Position numbers and translations under genes: made by a program. The notes under the pieces were generated by a model. That model saw only the letters and a list, made by a program, of their open reading frames with translations, did not search any database and had not been told where the DNA came from. From assembly GCA_012295275.1 (NCBI GenBank), contig CM022672.1, positions 31,806,001 to 31,870,000 on the forward strand: a stretch of DNA of 64,000 nucleotides, read 5' to 3'. The stretch is from Chrysomallon squamiferum. Lineage: Eukaryota > Animalia > Mollusca. Shown in pieces: positions 13,485 to 27,070 of the stretch (its first letter is position 1; each line of letters begins with the position of its first letter).

Positions 13485-14070
13485 AAAGTATGGTAGCATT
13501 TGCTCGTAGGTTGTCAGATGAATTGGCCAGTCTCCTTCGCGCTCAGCTCGTACGAACATCATGGTGAGCAGGACAGGTTTTATCAAGACATCGATACAAC
13601 GTTTGGTAGTTTGGCTCTTGCTGGCTTCGGTTTCGAGAATTTGCTTCAGGTCACCACTACAGTGTAGTGGTTTATCCTGAATGATTCAGTCAAGTGCCTC
13701 TTCAGCTACCATTCGTAATACTCTGACGTTCTGGGAAAACCTGTTTCCAGTGAGTATTTCCGACACACCGCCAAACACAAACGACTTATTATCTATTAGT
13801 GCCAGCCTATTACAATATGATATTAACATAATACTTAGTTCTAATGGATATCTTGGCCCCTAAAACCTAGGTATAGAGACAAAAATCACCTACCTAGGGT
13901 GAATAGGTAGGGAGTTATGGACGCCGTCTTGAATTTCTCAAATTGCTCAAGAGTGACAACATGCCATCAAGAAGTTTCTGAAAATAGAGACGAAAATCGA
14001 CAGTAAAAAAAAAAAGACTTAATACAACAATACAAAGTTAAGGTAAAAATTGCAGTTGGCTGCCAGACTA
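13485..14070 (-). mobile_element. Academ-type DNA transposon remnant (transposase fragment + terminus)
   Basis: Minus strand 13485-13785: FGGVSEILTGNRFSQNVRVLRMVAEEALD*...SKSQTTKRCIDVLIKPVLLTMMFVRAEREGDWPIHLTTYEQMLPYF, with the FVRAEREGDW-x-LHL motif of Academ transposases. The element end reads TAGTCTGGCAGCCAACT (minus) at 14070, consistent with Academ TAG termini. Confidence 0.75.
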
Positions 14071-14699
14071 ATACAAAGAATAAAAGAAACGAGGAAAGCG
14101 TAAAAATAATAAACACAAATTTTCGTGTTAAAATATTATCATCAATTTTCCGCAGTCTCAGTTATACAAACATTCCTCACCCTTCTCTGCCTCACCCTGA
14201 TATCACCATCCCCGCCCTATTCGCGCTAAACTGCACTGGCGATCTTTGCTTAAAGAAATCAATTGTTTGAAGAGATTGAGCGTAAACAAATATTTCAAGC
14301 TGCAGATAATTATTGTCACTTCAAAGTAGAGTTAATTATAGATTATTCTTTCACCTTGTATGTAATGTGTGAATGTATGTATGTATGTATGTGTGTGTGT
14401 GTGTGTATGTGTGAGTGCTATTACTTTTATACCGTATAAACAATAAAAGAGAATATTTGTGCACTTTCTTACTATTTTTCTATTTTTATATATTATTACG
14501 TTTATATTTCAGAAAAATAAATTTGTTAATTTTATTTTGTTACGTTTGTTTTCTAATGAGCCATATGTTAAGTCCTTTTCAACAACAACAACAACAACAA
14601 TATAAAAAAAAATAATAGTAATGTGTATAAATATTTTAATATTTTCTTAGTCTTACGCACGTACCATATATAGCATTATTCCTACGAAACCAAAACTGC

Positions 14700-14858
14700 G
14701 TTTACGTCAGTGACGTAGCGTGGGCGGGACCACATAGGCGTTTGTATTCATTAGTTAGTTACAATAGAAAAATAAACAAACAATACGTGAAATACAAATG
14801 TAAAGAATATTTTTAATGCGTTCATAATACTGATCCAAAGATGAGCATTAACGTAAGC
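14700..14858 (+). promoter_or_regulatory. Putative promoter and first exon upstream of the IAP exon
   Basis: A CpG-containing patch in AT-rich DNA: TTACGTCAGTGACGTAG (CRE/ATF-like sites) and a GC box GGGCGGG. ATG at 14841 gives ATGAGCATTAAC|GTAAGC, a phase-0 donor. Confidence 0.35.
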
Positions 14859-15549
14859 GGCAGTTGATTCAGTCCTGGTCTCAACAGTAACGTCTGTGAA
14901 TTAATCAAAACAAATTCAGCAAACAGGATTAGACCATTTTTTACAATTACACAAAATTTTATTTATCATGTTGTCAGTTATTATTTAGATCAGCACAAAT
15001 TCACAATTTTATAGTTTTATGTTAACAACGACATTATACGCTTATATTATTAACTTTCATTTTTATTTGTGACATCAATAATGAAGTTGAAATAATGCGA
15101 AAATACAGGAATATTTCCTTACAAGACTATGATTAATACTGATATTTTAACAGAAAACTGCGTGTTTTTAATATTAATCAGCAATGTTACAGAACTTGTA
15201 TTCTTTATTTCTTTTTATTTTCTTATTTTTACTTCTTTTTTTTTTCACAACATCTGACAGTTTACTTACTATAAAGAAAAAATAATAAGGTCTAGAAATA
15301 ACTGGAACCTTTTCACTCTATTTCTGTCTCATTTGTTAGTTCAATTTTTTCTTTCTTTCTTTTTACGTTTCTTTTTTTTTTTTTCTGTCACTTCACATCA
15401 CACTTCAGTTACAATAAACAAATGAGAATAAAAAAAATAATAAAAAATAAAAAATATAAAATGAGATCTAAAAATAACTGCAAGTAATTTTCATTCTATT
15501 TACGACTCATTCCATATTTCATTGTTCTGGTATTTTTCTCTTTTTTCTT

Positions 15550-15597
<48 letters not shown>

Positions 15598-15716
15598 TTT
15601 TATTGTTTATTATTTATTTATTTCCTTTTTATTTTATTTTATTTATTTATTTATTTTTTTTATTTTTTTTTTTTTTTTTTTGTATCCCACATCATACTTA
15701 AGTTGATATAAACAAA

Positions 15717-15761
<45 letters not shown>

Positions 15762-16432
15762 AATAAAAAAAGCAAAAGAAGAGAAAAAAAAAGAAGATAA
15801 TATCTAAAAATAACTGGAATTTTTGCATTCTATTTCCGTCCTAGTGTCACAAAAAAAAATCTATATTGTTATTCGTATTTTCTTCACTACGTTGATGGCG
15901 TCATGGTATTACCTATATAATGTTAAGTTACAATCAACTAGTTGATATAATAACGTTATAAATTCTACTGTATTCATGTTGAAGCCTCCTCGAAAATGAT
16001 TGGCCTATTATCTATCTATCAATCTATATGTCTCTCTCTCTCTCTATATATATATAATTCTTCCCTTAATGATTAATAATTTACTTTAGAAAACTAATGA
16101 AATAGCTGTTCAGTATGGTAAACAATTTAGAGTGACAGTCGATGAGGAAACCAAACTACAAACGTGATATCAGCCACATTCACGGAACAATTATTGTCGT
16201 GTTTTAAAAATAACCGAGATTATAGTTTTATACAATCGGTCTCTTGATCAGACAATATTTTATAGAAATGAATCAATACATCAAGATTAACAATGGGGTA
16301 AAATAAAAATAAATTAAATTAAAATTAAAAAATAAAATAAAATAAAATAATGATAATAATAAATAAAAATTAACGCGGCATAGAAACGTTTTTCTGTAGG
16401 ACTATGTTGTGTGTAAAAATAAAAAGCGATAA

Positions 16433-17038
16433 ATAAATAAACATACTACTACTAGTTCTGGTAGTATTCCAAAATACAGCGAGAACGAGAGCTATGAAAA
16501 AAGGTTGGAAAGCTTCGTTGGATGGCCGCTCTTATCGCCCTTGCAGAAGCCGAGTATTTTAGCTCACTGTGGATTTCTCTACATAGGATCGGCCGATCGC
16601 GCAAGATGTTTTCATTGTGGACTAACTTTGCGCGACTGGGATGACGATGATTTTACGCCAGTTGTTCACAAAGAATGGGCTAAGAATTGTGAATTCGCTG
16701 ACAAACTGGACATTGATGAAATAAAGAAAATGGTTGAAGCTGAGGAATTAAAGAAGGACTCGAAAAATAAAACGAATATTGTTGAAAAGCGTTCCGATAA
16801 AGCCGACAACAGCTGTTTTGTAAAATCTGTGAATAGCGTTGTGACTCAGGCAACAAGTGATGACAGCTCGAGTAGTAATTATGTCTACAGCCCAACGATC
16901 CAGGCAGTTTTGGAAATGGGATATTCTACTGAACTTATTCAAAAGTCCATTGATAATCGGAAAAGAAAAGATGGTTCTAATTTTCCAAATGCAGTAACAC
17001 TTTTCGAAGCGGTCTTGGAACTTGAAGGATCCTATTAA
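16433..17038 (+). CDS. Inhibitor of apoptosis (IAP/BIRC-like) exon: one BIR domain + UBA domain, no RING
   Basis: Open frame from 16433 reads ...PKYSENESYEKRLESFVGWP...LAHCGFLYIGSADRARCFHC-x16-H-x6-C, a canonical BIR with all four Zn ligands. The C-terminal SPTIQAVLEMGYSTELIQKSI...LFEAVLELE matches the IAP-type UBA. AATAAA at ~17069. Start unresolved: the acceptor at 16399 is followed by an in-frame TAA at 16430. Confidence 0.85.
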   Translation: MNKHTTTSSGSIPKYSENESYEKRLESFVGWPLLSPLQKPSILAHCGFLYIGSADRARCFHCGLTLRDWDDDDFTPVVHKEWAKNCEFADKLDIDEIKKMVEAEELKKDSKNKTNIVEKRSDKADNSCFVKSVNSVVTQATSDDSSSSNYVYSPTIQAVLEMGYSTELIQKSIDNRKRKDGSNFPNAVTLFEAVLELEGSY

Positions 17039-17532
17039 GTTAGTATCACGTGACATGATATTTTAGCCAATAAAGCCTCATTTGTAATACAAAGATATTG
17101 TTAAGAACGATTAATACTATGCAAGAGTTCCTGTATTATCAAAACAGTGGACAAAATTTTTTGAAAGGTAACGAAATAAAAATAAAAGCCCAACAACAAA
17201 AGGTAATAATAAAGCAAAACAAAGCATATCTTTATAGATAGTTTGTTTTAAAATATCAACTAGAAAAAAAAAAAAAAATAGACGAAAAAGAAAAAGATAT
17301 GAATTCTAATAAATGTTAAATATTTAATATTTAATAATTAAAGTCTAGATATGCTTGAATTGTTGTTAAACTTTGTTCTTGATTTATTTATTTTATATGT
17401 TACAGGAATATGTTTAATTGCAATCAGAATATATATATTTTTTAATTTTTTATATGTATATTTCCTGATTAATAATCAGATTATAATATTTCCTGTAACA
17501 TATATAAAGTAAATAAAATAAAAAGAATAAAG

Positions 17533-17593
<61 letters not shown>

Positions 17594-19274
17594 AGAATTG
17601 ATAAATGAAATCGGTAATCATTTGTAATTTGATTTTCATTTTCAGATGAAAGTTTCAGGAAGATGAGCAGTTCTAGGGTCCAGCTTGTGTACACGACAGT
17701 TCATCTTGTCAGTAAGAAACAAAAACTAAAAGTTCTGAAAAGAAAAGATGATTGTTCTGGACACCTGTTTAATTCTGAAAGGTTTTGTTTCATAGTTCCA
17801 AGTGTTTGTTAAACTGAAAAATGACTAAAAATATAATTACTAAGATTAAGATTACAACAGCCTGTTGATATTGAAATTAATTAATATTAAACAGGATGCA
17901 TCCTTCGTTATTAACATTTAAATTCTTCAGAATTAAATTAATTTAAAGTAAACTTATTATCTGTAATGTTAAAGAAATACTAAGTATATAGATACAATTT
18001 AAATTTGAAGTATTCTAAATGTTGATATTTAATATACCATAAATGTTTAGATCAAGTTAGAAACTATTTTTCTCAATTTAATTTACACTCATTGTTATCA
18101 GAAAAACAACAAAAAAGGAATGGCACATTTAAATGAATGAATATTTAATTTTCATGATGTTTTAGAAATTAATATTCAGTACAAAGGATACATTTAAATA
18201 AACAAAATAAAATGCTATGTCAGTAATATGTAATATTCACTGTAAATGTTGTTATTAATCAGATAAATCAGTGAGATTGTTTATTATTCATAAATCATTT
18301 CAGTTAATATTCTCAGTTGTTTTCTCATTGATTTATTTTACAGATTTATTGAAAATATTATACTTGATATTTCTCTTAATGTAGCCTGCTAGTATTTAAA
18401 TGATGTTAAACAGGATGCATTTTTATATGGGAGTGGTTAATTTTATCTTTGGTTATTAACATTTTATTTATCAGAATATAGTCAATTTAAAGCAATTTTA
18501 TATATGTAAAATTAGTGAGTAAATACAATATAATTTGTTAATTTGTTTTGTGTTCTGTTTATTCAGTTTTAATAATAATATCTATTATAAAATCAATGCT
18601 GTACAAATAATCTTTAAACATCAAAGAAATTTTAAAATGATTATTAAAACATACTATTGTTTAATAAATTTGTTTTGTTTTTTTGATTTTTTCTCTAAAA
18701 TGATGTGTATGTTTAATTTAACAATTTTTACCTAAAAACTGAAAATAGAATTAATAATTAAAACTTTTAATTTTGTATATATATATCATTGATATGTTTT
18801 AAATAAAACAAATAATAAAATGTTTTATCTAATTAAAACAATATATCTTCTATATCTATCTATATATGTAGACATAGATTATAGAAATGTAGGTATAGCA
18901 TGCTGCTGTGTGTTCTGTATATTCACTTTTCTTGAATAACTATTATAAACATCAATGCTGTGATGATTTTGAATTAATAATAAAACTAGTAGTTTGTTAT
19001 AATTTAACATTTTATATAAGAATTAGTAAGAATTAATAATAAGTTTTTAATAGTAGTTTTTTTTAATTAAAACAATTAATAATAAAACTATTGGTTTTGT
19101 AGAATTTGTCAGTTTGTAATAATTTAACATTTTTTATCTTGGAGTTTCAAGTGATAGTTTTGTTACTTTGTACTGATATAGAAATTTTATTTTAGACAGT
19201 AAAACTGTTTCTGACTGTTCATTTAATATATTGGTTGCTTTTAAACTGATACTATATCCTCCAGTTTTATTGAC

Positions 19275-19500
19275 TGAAAGTGTATGGGCCATAGCTTTAG
19301 TCTGGGACAGTGTCACTTGAAAAGTGTATGGGCCATAGCTTTAGTCTGGGATAGTATCACTTGAAAAGTGTCTGGCCATAGCTTTAGTCTGGGATAGTGT
19401 CACTTGAAAAGTGTCTGGCCATAGCTTTAGTCTGGGATAGTGTCACTGGAAAAGTGTATTGGTCATAGCTTTAGTCTGGGATAGTGTCACTTGAAAAGTG
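19275..19500. repeat. Minisatellite, 42-44-bp unit, ~5 copies
   Basis: GAAAAGTGT(A)TGGGCCATAGCTTTAGTCTGGGATAGTGTCACTT repeated. Confidence 0.92.
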
Positions 19501-20281
19501 CTGTTCTGAGTGTGTCTGGCTGACAAGTTCTATTCTGAGAAGAGATTAGTCAGATTACCATTGCTGTTAGGATTATCACTAGGATCAGGGTTAGTGTTGT
19601 ATTAGTTTCAGGACTATGGTTATTGTTCACATTAGATTTAATTATTTATCTATCTTGAAAGACCTTTCATATGAAAATTGAACACGTTTATGATGGATGT
19701 TAGGATAAAAATTCAAAAAAGCTTTTATTTCAAACAATTTGATTGATAAAGTTTATAAGTGTGAGGAGAAAATTGTTGTCATTGTCTTTCTTTTCTTTAT
19801 TGTTAATATTGGTCATTTCCCAATTGACATTATTATTGTCGTTGTTGTTGTTATTGTCATATCATAATCTTTACTTGTACTGATATCACTTTACTCCTTT
19901 GTTTTGATATTAGTATTGTGGTGCTCATTTTCTTTGAATATGCTTGGTGTAGCTGTTATTCCTATATTGTTGTGGTTGATGATGTCATTGCTGTCAGTGT
20001 TCTGCTCATATCACTATGATTATAATTAGTAAATTGTCATAATTATCATCCAGTGTTCTGTTAATATTGTTGTGATAGTTCTCATTTTGCTGTTTTTAGG
20101 GTAACTGTTATTTTTATCATTTCTGTTAATATTATTGCTTACCTCTGTACTGTTAATCATAATGTTGTTATTGTGCAGTTGGTCTTTTCAGTCACTGTTA
20201 CTGTCAATGTTGCTATTGAAGTTGTTACTGGTATTTATTTGTTGTTTTTGTCATTATTATTATGATTATTATTATTATTAT

Positions 20282-20329
<48 letters not shown>

Positions 20330-22296
20330 CAGTAGTAGTAGAAGTAGTAGTAGTCAAGGAGAGATGGATCTTCTATGAAAGAAGGGCTCCAGAAGTAACA
20401 TCAGTTAACACTGCTACAAAATTGTAATGAATTTCTGAGATGTCATGGTTAAATTTTAAAAAGAATTATGGTTATCTGTTATGCTGCTTTCAAACCTCCC
20501 ATATCTCTTCAAATGTAGGTCTGCTCCTGGCAGTAACAGCGGTGGTTGTGGTGGTAGTAGTAGTTGTAGTAGCAGAAGTAGTAGTGGTAAAAGCTTAGTA
20601 GTACTCGTAGTAGTAGTAGTAGTATTAATGTTACATTGATGCCCTCCCACACACACACACGAGTGTACATGTGAGTGTTTATGTTTACGTGTTTTACACA
20701 GTGAGAGTTTATATGCAAGTCTGAAAGGAGGAGAGGGTATAATGTATGTTTATTTAAATATATGTTATTTGTATGTTTATTTGAATATATGTTCTTTGTA
20801 TGCTAGAAACATATAATGGCTATGTACATGTGGGTATTTTAGTGTACTTGTCTATATGTTTCCAAAAGAGAGGCACAGATAAGTAGACAAATAGATAGGT
20901 AGATAGATGGACTGATGGATGTATGGATGAATAGATGGATGTTTTAGTAGGAGGAATAAACATACTGTGTATAGATGGATGATACATAGATAAACAGAAG
21001 GGTGGGAGGATCTAAAGGGTTTAATTACAGATAAATAAAAATAGGTTAGTAGATCTACAGACTGATATGCTGTTGTTACACCACCACTGAGCTAGAACCA
21101 CACCCATCTTCGTACTGACAGGTGAACACATACCATTTTTTATTTCATCATTATTATTATTTTAGTAATTGTTATTAAATTTAGTCATTTATTTTTGTTA
21201 TTTATTTTAAGTAATTATTATTAATAAATGATTCAGTTTGTGAATTTGAAAATGTCTAAGAGAAGTAACAGTGAATTAAAATAATTTTTATTACTGAGAA
21301 TTTATTTTTATTTGTTAATTCATGTTAGGTATACTTGATATTTGTTGTCTAAGGGAGGTAATTTGTTTATAACAAAGTGAAAACAACAACATGTTTGTAT
21401 AATCATTATACCAGAATTGTTTTGTGAGGCACACATTATCTGAAAACAATTTTCATTTGAATGCAGGAAAGTTGTAATCACTCATTTTACTTGGAATCGT
21501 CAGTGAGTGTTTGAGTGACTCTAAACAGACAAAGTTTATCAAACACACAGAACAGTCTGATGACAGTCACAGTTCTCAATACTGAATCATAGTCACCATT
21601 TTTTCAGTGAAGTAAACGACAATAACAAGAAAGATAACTGAATCAGATACACAACTTTGCTTCATTGTTAAGTCTGGTGAAGAGTTTGACATTGTGTTTG
21701 CTGAATTCACATCAACTCATGTAAAGTTTTGACACATGAGTTTTCACATAAAGAATGTATGTTTATTCATTAAGTGTTTATAATTAATTAATTATTCAGA
21801 TCACATGTGAACTTAACTGAAAACAGAACTTAAATTGCTGTGGTGATAAGACAGAAAAATGTGACCACTCATTTTAGTTGAAGTTTTATCATTTTATCTC
21901 AAATGTAAAGTAACCTTTATATTTTTCTCCAAATTCTTGTAACAGAATCATGTCGTTCCGGAAGATACAATAACAAAAAATTAATAAAATAATTGTTTAG
22001 AAGTATTTTTCCATTGTGTTGAAGATGCCCTACCAATAAAAGAATGCTGGCACGACCTACAGTTTATCAGACTGGTAACTGTCGAGGCTGATACCTACTC
22101 AGAAGATATCACAGATAAATTTGAGCCGGAAGTCGTCTGCTGGTCTACACCAGGGGAGAAAACTCCCAACAACCAGATACGAATGTCCTGCATAATTCAA
22201 CAAGACTAGAATCCCAGACCGTCTGTAGATGGCCTTTGAAAGAAAAGTTATACACAACAGAAGAATGAGTTTCACTTTCAGTTCATTTAGTGTCTG

Positions 22297-22338
<42 letters not shown>

Positions 22339-22346
22339 AAAAAAAA

Positions 22347-22427
<81 letters not shown>

Positions 22428-24218
22428 GAAAAGAAAAACCACACAAAAACTATCTGTCTTATATAAATGTGTAACATCAAAACAAATCTACTTCGAAAGC
22501 ATAAAATTCAGATAAATTATAAAATTCCGTAACTCTATTACAATATTGTAATCATTTATAAATCATTAATAATTACCTATGTCGACTGAACTCCCAAAGT
22601 CGCAGAAAATATTCACTCATACAAAACTAAACTAAACTAAAATAAAATGTTTAAATAATCAAGTCTGTGGTGCGACTGACGTAGAAAGAAGGTTCTAGAT
22701 TTCTGCCCAAGTAATTGACGTCACCAGATTTTTATTTTTTTATTTTATTACAAATATGATGTCATCACTTTTGAAAGAAGGTTTCTAGTAACAACAGATA
22801 TATATGATATAGAAAGATACAAGAAACTTTGCTATAAAGAAAACACATACTTTAAATCAGAATTATGCTTTCTTTTTTCCTTTTTTTATTAAAACTAAAA
22901 CGGAAAGAAAGAAACCAGCCAAAGAACAAAAATAAATAAGTTACTTCTAAAAATAACATTTTTTTGAAAATAAAGAACAAAAACAACTTTCTGAATAAGA
23001 ATATCTACAAAAACATGTTCAAAATCTATGATGTGGGTGTTTCAAAATCATCTTCAGTATGAAGACTAAATATAAACTGTATTTCCACTGCATCGTAACT
23101 GCATGTTAGCCAGAAAATAAAAAGAATATATATACCGCTAACATTGTCAAAGTATTTAATAAAAGATAAGAGTTCTTATATATATATGTATGTATGTATG
23201 TAAATTCATCCACAGAAAATGCAATGAGAATTTGTAATGTTACATAATATACATTTGACCTAAAAAACAACTAACCTTTAAGCTATACTCAAAACAAAGC
23301 ATTTGAAATAAACATTTCTAGAATCAATTCATGGACAAATAATGAGAGTGTGGATGTAGGTATGTCTGTGTTTTTGTATTATGTGTGTATGAGTTGTGTG
23401 TATAAGTATCTCTGTGTTTGTATTATGTGTGTAAGAGTTTGTTTGTGTAGTGAGTGATTATGTGTATGAGTTTGTATGTGTTTGTATCTGTGTGTATTAT
23501 TTTGTATGTATTTGTATGTACGTATCTATGTGTACCTGTATCTCTCTTTTGTATTTGTATGTATGCAGGTATGTGTATCTGTGTGTATTTGTGTGTATAT
23601 ATGGATGTATGTGTATCTGTGTTTATATTATGTGTTTGTATGCATGTATGTATGTGTTTGTATTATGTGTTTTTATATGCATATATGTATGTGTATCTAT
23701 TTGCATTATGTGTATCAATGTGTGTTTTTATGTATATGTCGGTGTATTATTTGTTTGAGTGTATATATTTGTGTATTTCTGTATAATTCTGTATCTGTGT
23801 GTTTCTATTTTGTGTGTAATTGTGAATGTAGGTGTATACCTGTGTATTTGTATTGTGTATGAATGTAGGCATTTATATATCTACGTGTATATTATGTGTG
23901 TGCAAGTGTACGTACTTGTGTATGTCTGTGTGAGTCAGTTCATTATAAATGTGAATCACCGGGTTGGTGTGCGCGATATAATCAATGGACCTGTTGGTCT
24001 GTGCATTTCTAGGCGCGTGTGCACGTACCTGAGTCTGCCAATACATTTATGCAAAGTTAGTTTGCGCGCTCTGTCCATTTATATGTATATAGATAGATAT
24101 ATGCTTTTGTCATTGTGTATATTTATATGTGTGATACACAGAACACTAAATCACGACTCCATCCTGGTACCAGCGAGTCACGAATGTCAGAATATTCCAA
24201 TAAACGTAACCATGGTTA

Positions 24219-25200
24219 CCTGTAAACCTCTATATTTCATTATTGTTAGTTATACAGTCATCACTTGATTCATTTTTCCATGTAAAAATTACGCCACCGT
24301 TTGCATTGCTTGTTTCATCAGAGACATTGTTCCGTTATCAGCAAGAAAACTGTTTTTATTTCCTTCAGTGCTGACTCTTTGCGGACCATCTGTAAAACAA
24401 AACAGTAGTAATGTTTAATACTACAAGAAGAAATATATTACATGAACTTCAAGTTGAGTGATTTCAAGTTTTTGTTTAGTCCGAGTACTTTTGTCTTCTG
24501 CCGCCTGCTGACCTGTCCATCATCGACGGAAGTCAGCGAACTCGGACTACCAGTCATTGTCTGTTTGTTTTGTTTTTGTTTTATTTTATTTTTATTGTCC
24601 TAGTTGAACTCAGAATGTATTGGTCCATGTCACAGGTCATTTCAATATCTGATACATTCCAAGGACAGTCAGATGACCAGACGACTAACTTGCAGAACTC
24701 CTCTTAACTTCAACTGTTTGACCTTTACAGGATCATAACACGAGCCTCGAAATAATCCAGGGTCGCTCTCTGCTTTATCCCTCAACTCTGTAGAGATTAG
24801 ATTATAGTAGTAGTAGCAGTAGTAGTAGTAGTAGTAGTAGTGGTAATAGTAATAGTAGTAGTAGTAGTAGTAGGAGTAGTAGTAGTAGTAAAAGTAGTAG
24901 TAGTAGAGGTAACAGTTGCGGTAGAAATTAGTAATAACAACAGAAGCTGTACTAGTGGTAGTAGTACTGAGGGAAAGTGTGGCATAACGAGATACTTAAC
25001 GTTTGTTGTACTCTCACTGGCGATGGATATGCGTTACAAGGGCAGACGTAATACAATGCGCTTCGTTAGGTTATAAACTATCAATAATCCAGTCAACAGC
25101 CTGCAATTTAGAACATTGCCAGATACTGAGATAATTTCAGAAGGGTCAGAAATTTCCCATATTGCCTCATATTGAGATTTGGTAAAGGGGCAAACTGAAA
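24219..25200 (-). pseudogene. Cluster of decayed exon-like segments, one weakly Ig-domain-like
   Basis: AG/GT-bounded segments at ~24690-24788 (ELRDKAESDPGLFRGSCYDPVKVKQLKLRGVLQ), ~24513-24560, ~24220-24389 (DGPQRVSTEGNKNSFLADNG.../SNANGGVIFTWKNES, resembling Ig 'DGP...SNP..TW') and ~25000-25196. Contain stops and frameshifts. Confidence 0.3.
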
Positions 25201-26065
25201 TGGATGGGGCATAATGGGATGACCTTCTCCCTCCACAGATCACAGAAAAATAAACAACTGTGACAAACTATCAAAGCTGTAAAACATTTATCTTAACCGA
25301 ATAAAAGCACTGCAGGAACATCTATTCACAGCAGATTATAACCAAAACCTAAAATGCAATGAATACCGTTCACCAACCAAGTTAACTTCTATCATTGGAA
25401 TTTTAAATCAGTTTACATTTAACTTCCAAACACAAACTTATAAACTGAATTCTAAGGAAAAGCAAACCACTGTACGGACGTAATCAGTAAATAAGTAAAA
25501 ACCTTGTATAAAACAACATTTTACTCTGAATTCACTGAGTATGCCAAAGAAAACTGTGACTGAACAAATTATGTAGGTACATGTAGTCAGTGTATAAGCA
25601 CTTTTATATGTTATGTCTGTGATTAGCTATGGTTTAAATATATCATCACTGAAAAACAAGACATCAGTGAAATACAAGATAGATAATAATTATTGATATA
25701 TAAACAATGTCTATATGAAGTGAAATCTATTGAATTAAGGATGTTGCACTGGAGAATCCCATGAGCTAAACTTTAAAAACGGGGACTTCATAAAATACAT
25801 CTTTTTCTTCCGTTTAGCAGAATACAGTTAAGTTCTCCTAGCAGCGTGTGTGGAATTGGTAGACACAACAACAACAAGCAGACTGGAGCAGTACCACTAA
25901 AGCAGTGAGGAGTGTACAGGTTACATTACATAACCCAGTAAAGAGTTTTGTCTATCAAATAACATGTCTGTATTAAGGGATGTCCCTCTTTTGGCAGGGA
26001 ATCACACATATACATAAACAAATACACAATAAAAGACGACGATTACACACAGAAAGACACACACG

Positions 26066-26104
<39 letters not shown>

Positions 26105-27022
26105 ATCCTTTTGGTGGATAGGCACCGACTGCCGCACTGGAATATTTTTAATATATTTCTTTAATGTCTTTCTTTCTTTCGTTATTATTGTTGTTGTTGT
26201 TGTTGCTGCTGTTGCCGACATCGTTAGCGTCATCTTGTTGTCCTTATTACTAATGTTACTTTTCTTCTTCTCATTATTATTTCGACCAACTTTATTATTA
26301 TTATTTTAGTTACTTTATAATCAATGCTGCCGTCAATGTTGTTCCTGTACTGGTTGTTCATTTTTCTGTTATTGTCGTTATAAATACACCGTAAAAAGTC
26401 AGTTTAGAAATATGGGGGTTGGGAAATAATAGTAATCATTATCATCATCACAATAGAAATTATAATGATGATGATGATAATGACGACGAAAATAATAATA
26501 ATTATAATAATAATTATAATAATAATAATAATAATCATAATAATAACAGCGAAATAAATATATGAAATGAAATTAAATAAAAATAACATGAAAATAAAAT
26601 AAAATAAAATGTGTTTCGCTGCCATGACAACTCGTTTATCGATCGACTTCAAGTCCAACAGCGCTCAAATTTTTCTGATAAACTAGGTCACCCCCCACCC
26701 CATACCATCCCATCCAGTTCTCAGTACTCACTGCTGATGTGAATTTCACCTTAAACACTGCACAAACAACTGACGCTTTACAATTCTTTAGTATGAAAGA
26801 AGAAACATTTTTTCATGTGAACAAGGACAACACATTAAATAAATAACATCATCAGTAAAAACAACGACGACAACAACAACAACAACAACAACAACAATTA
26901 TAATAACAATAATAATAATAATAACTCAAAATAATCGAAGAAAGAAAGAAAAAGGAATAAAAAAGATAATGAAATAAATAATCAGTAAACATTTTTAAAA
27001 ACTGAAAGCGAGAAAATTAAGC

Positions 27023-27070
<48 letters not shown>

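Noticed and set aside
21608-21730. Possible RING exon for the IAP (TQLCFIVKSGEEFDIVFAEFTSTH)
   Set aside because: It has only one Cys and lacks the C3HC4 ligands. The resemblance is too weak.
23450-24268. Cys/Val/Tyr-rich ORFs, and similar ones at 34000-36500, 44900-47100 and 54800-63700
   Set aside because: These are translations of degenerate (TG)n, (TA)n, (AAT)n and (GA)n microsatellites.
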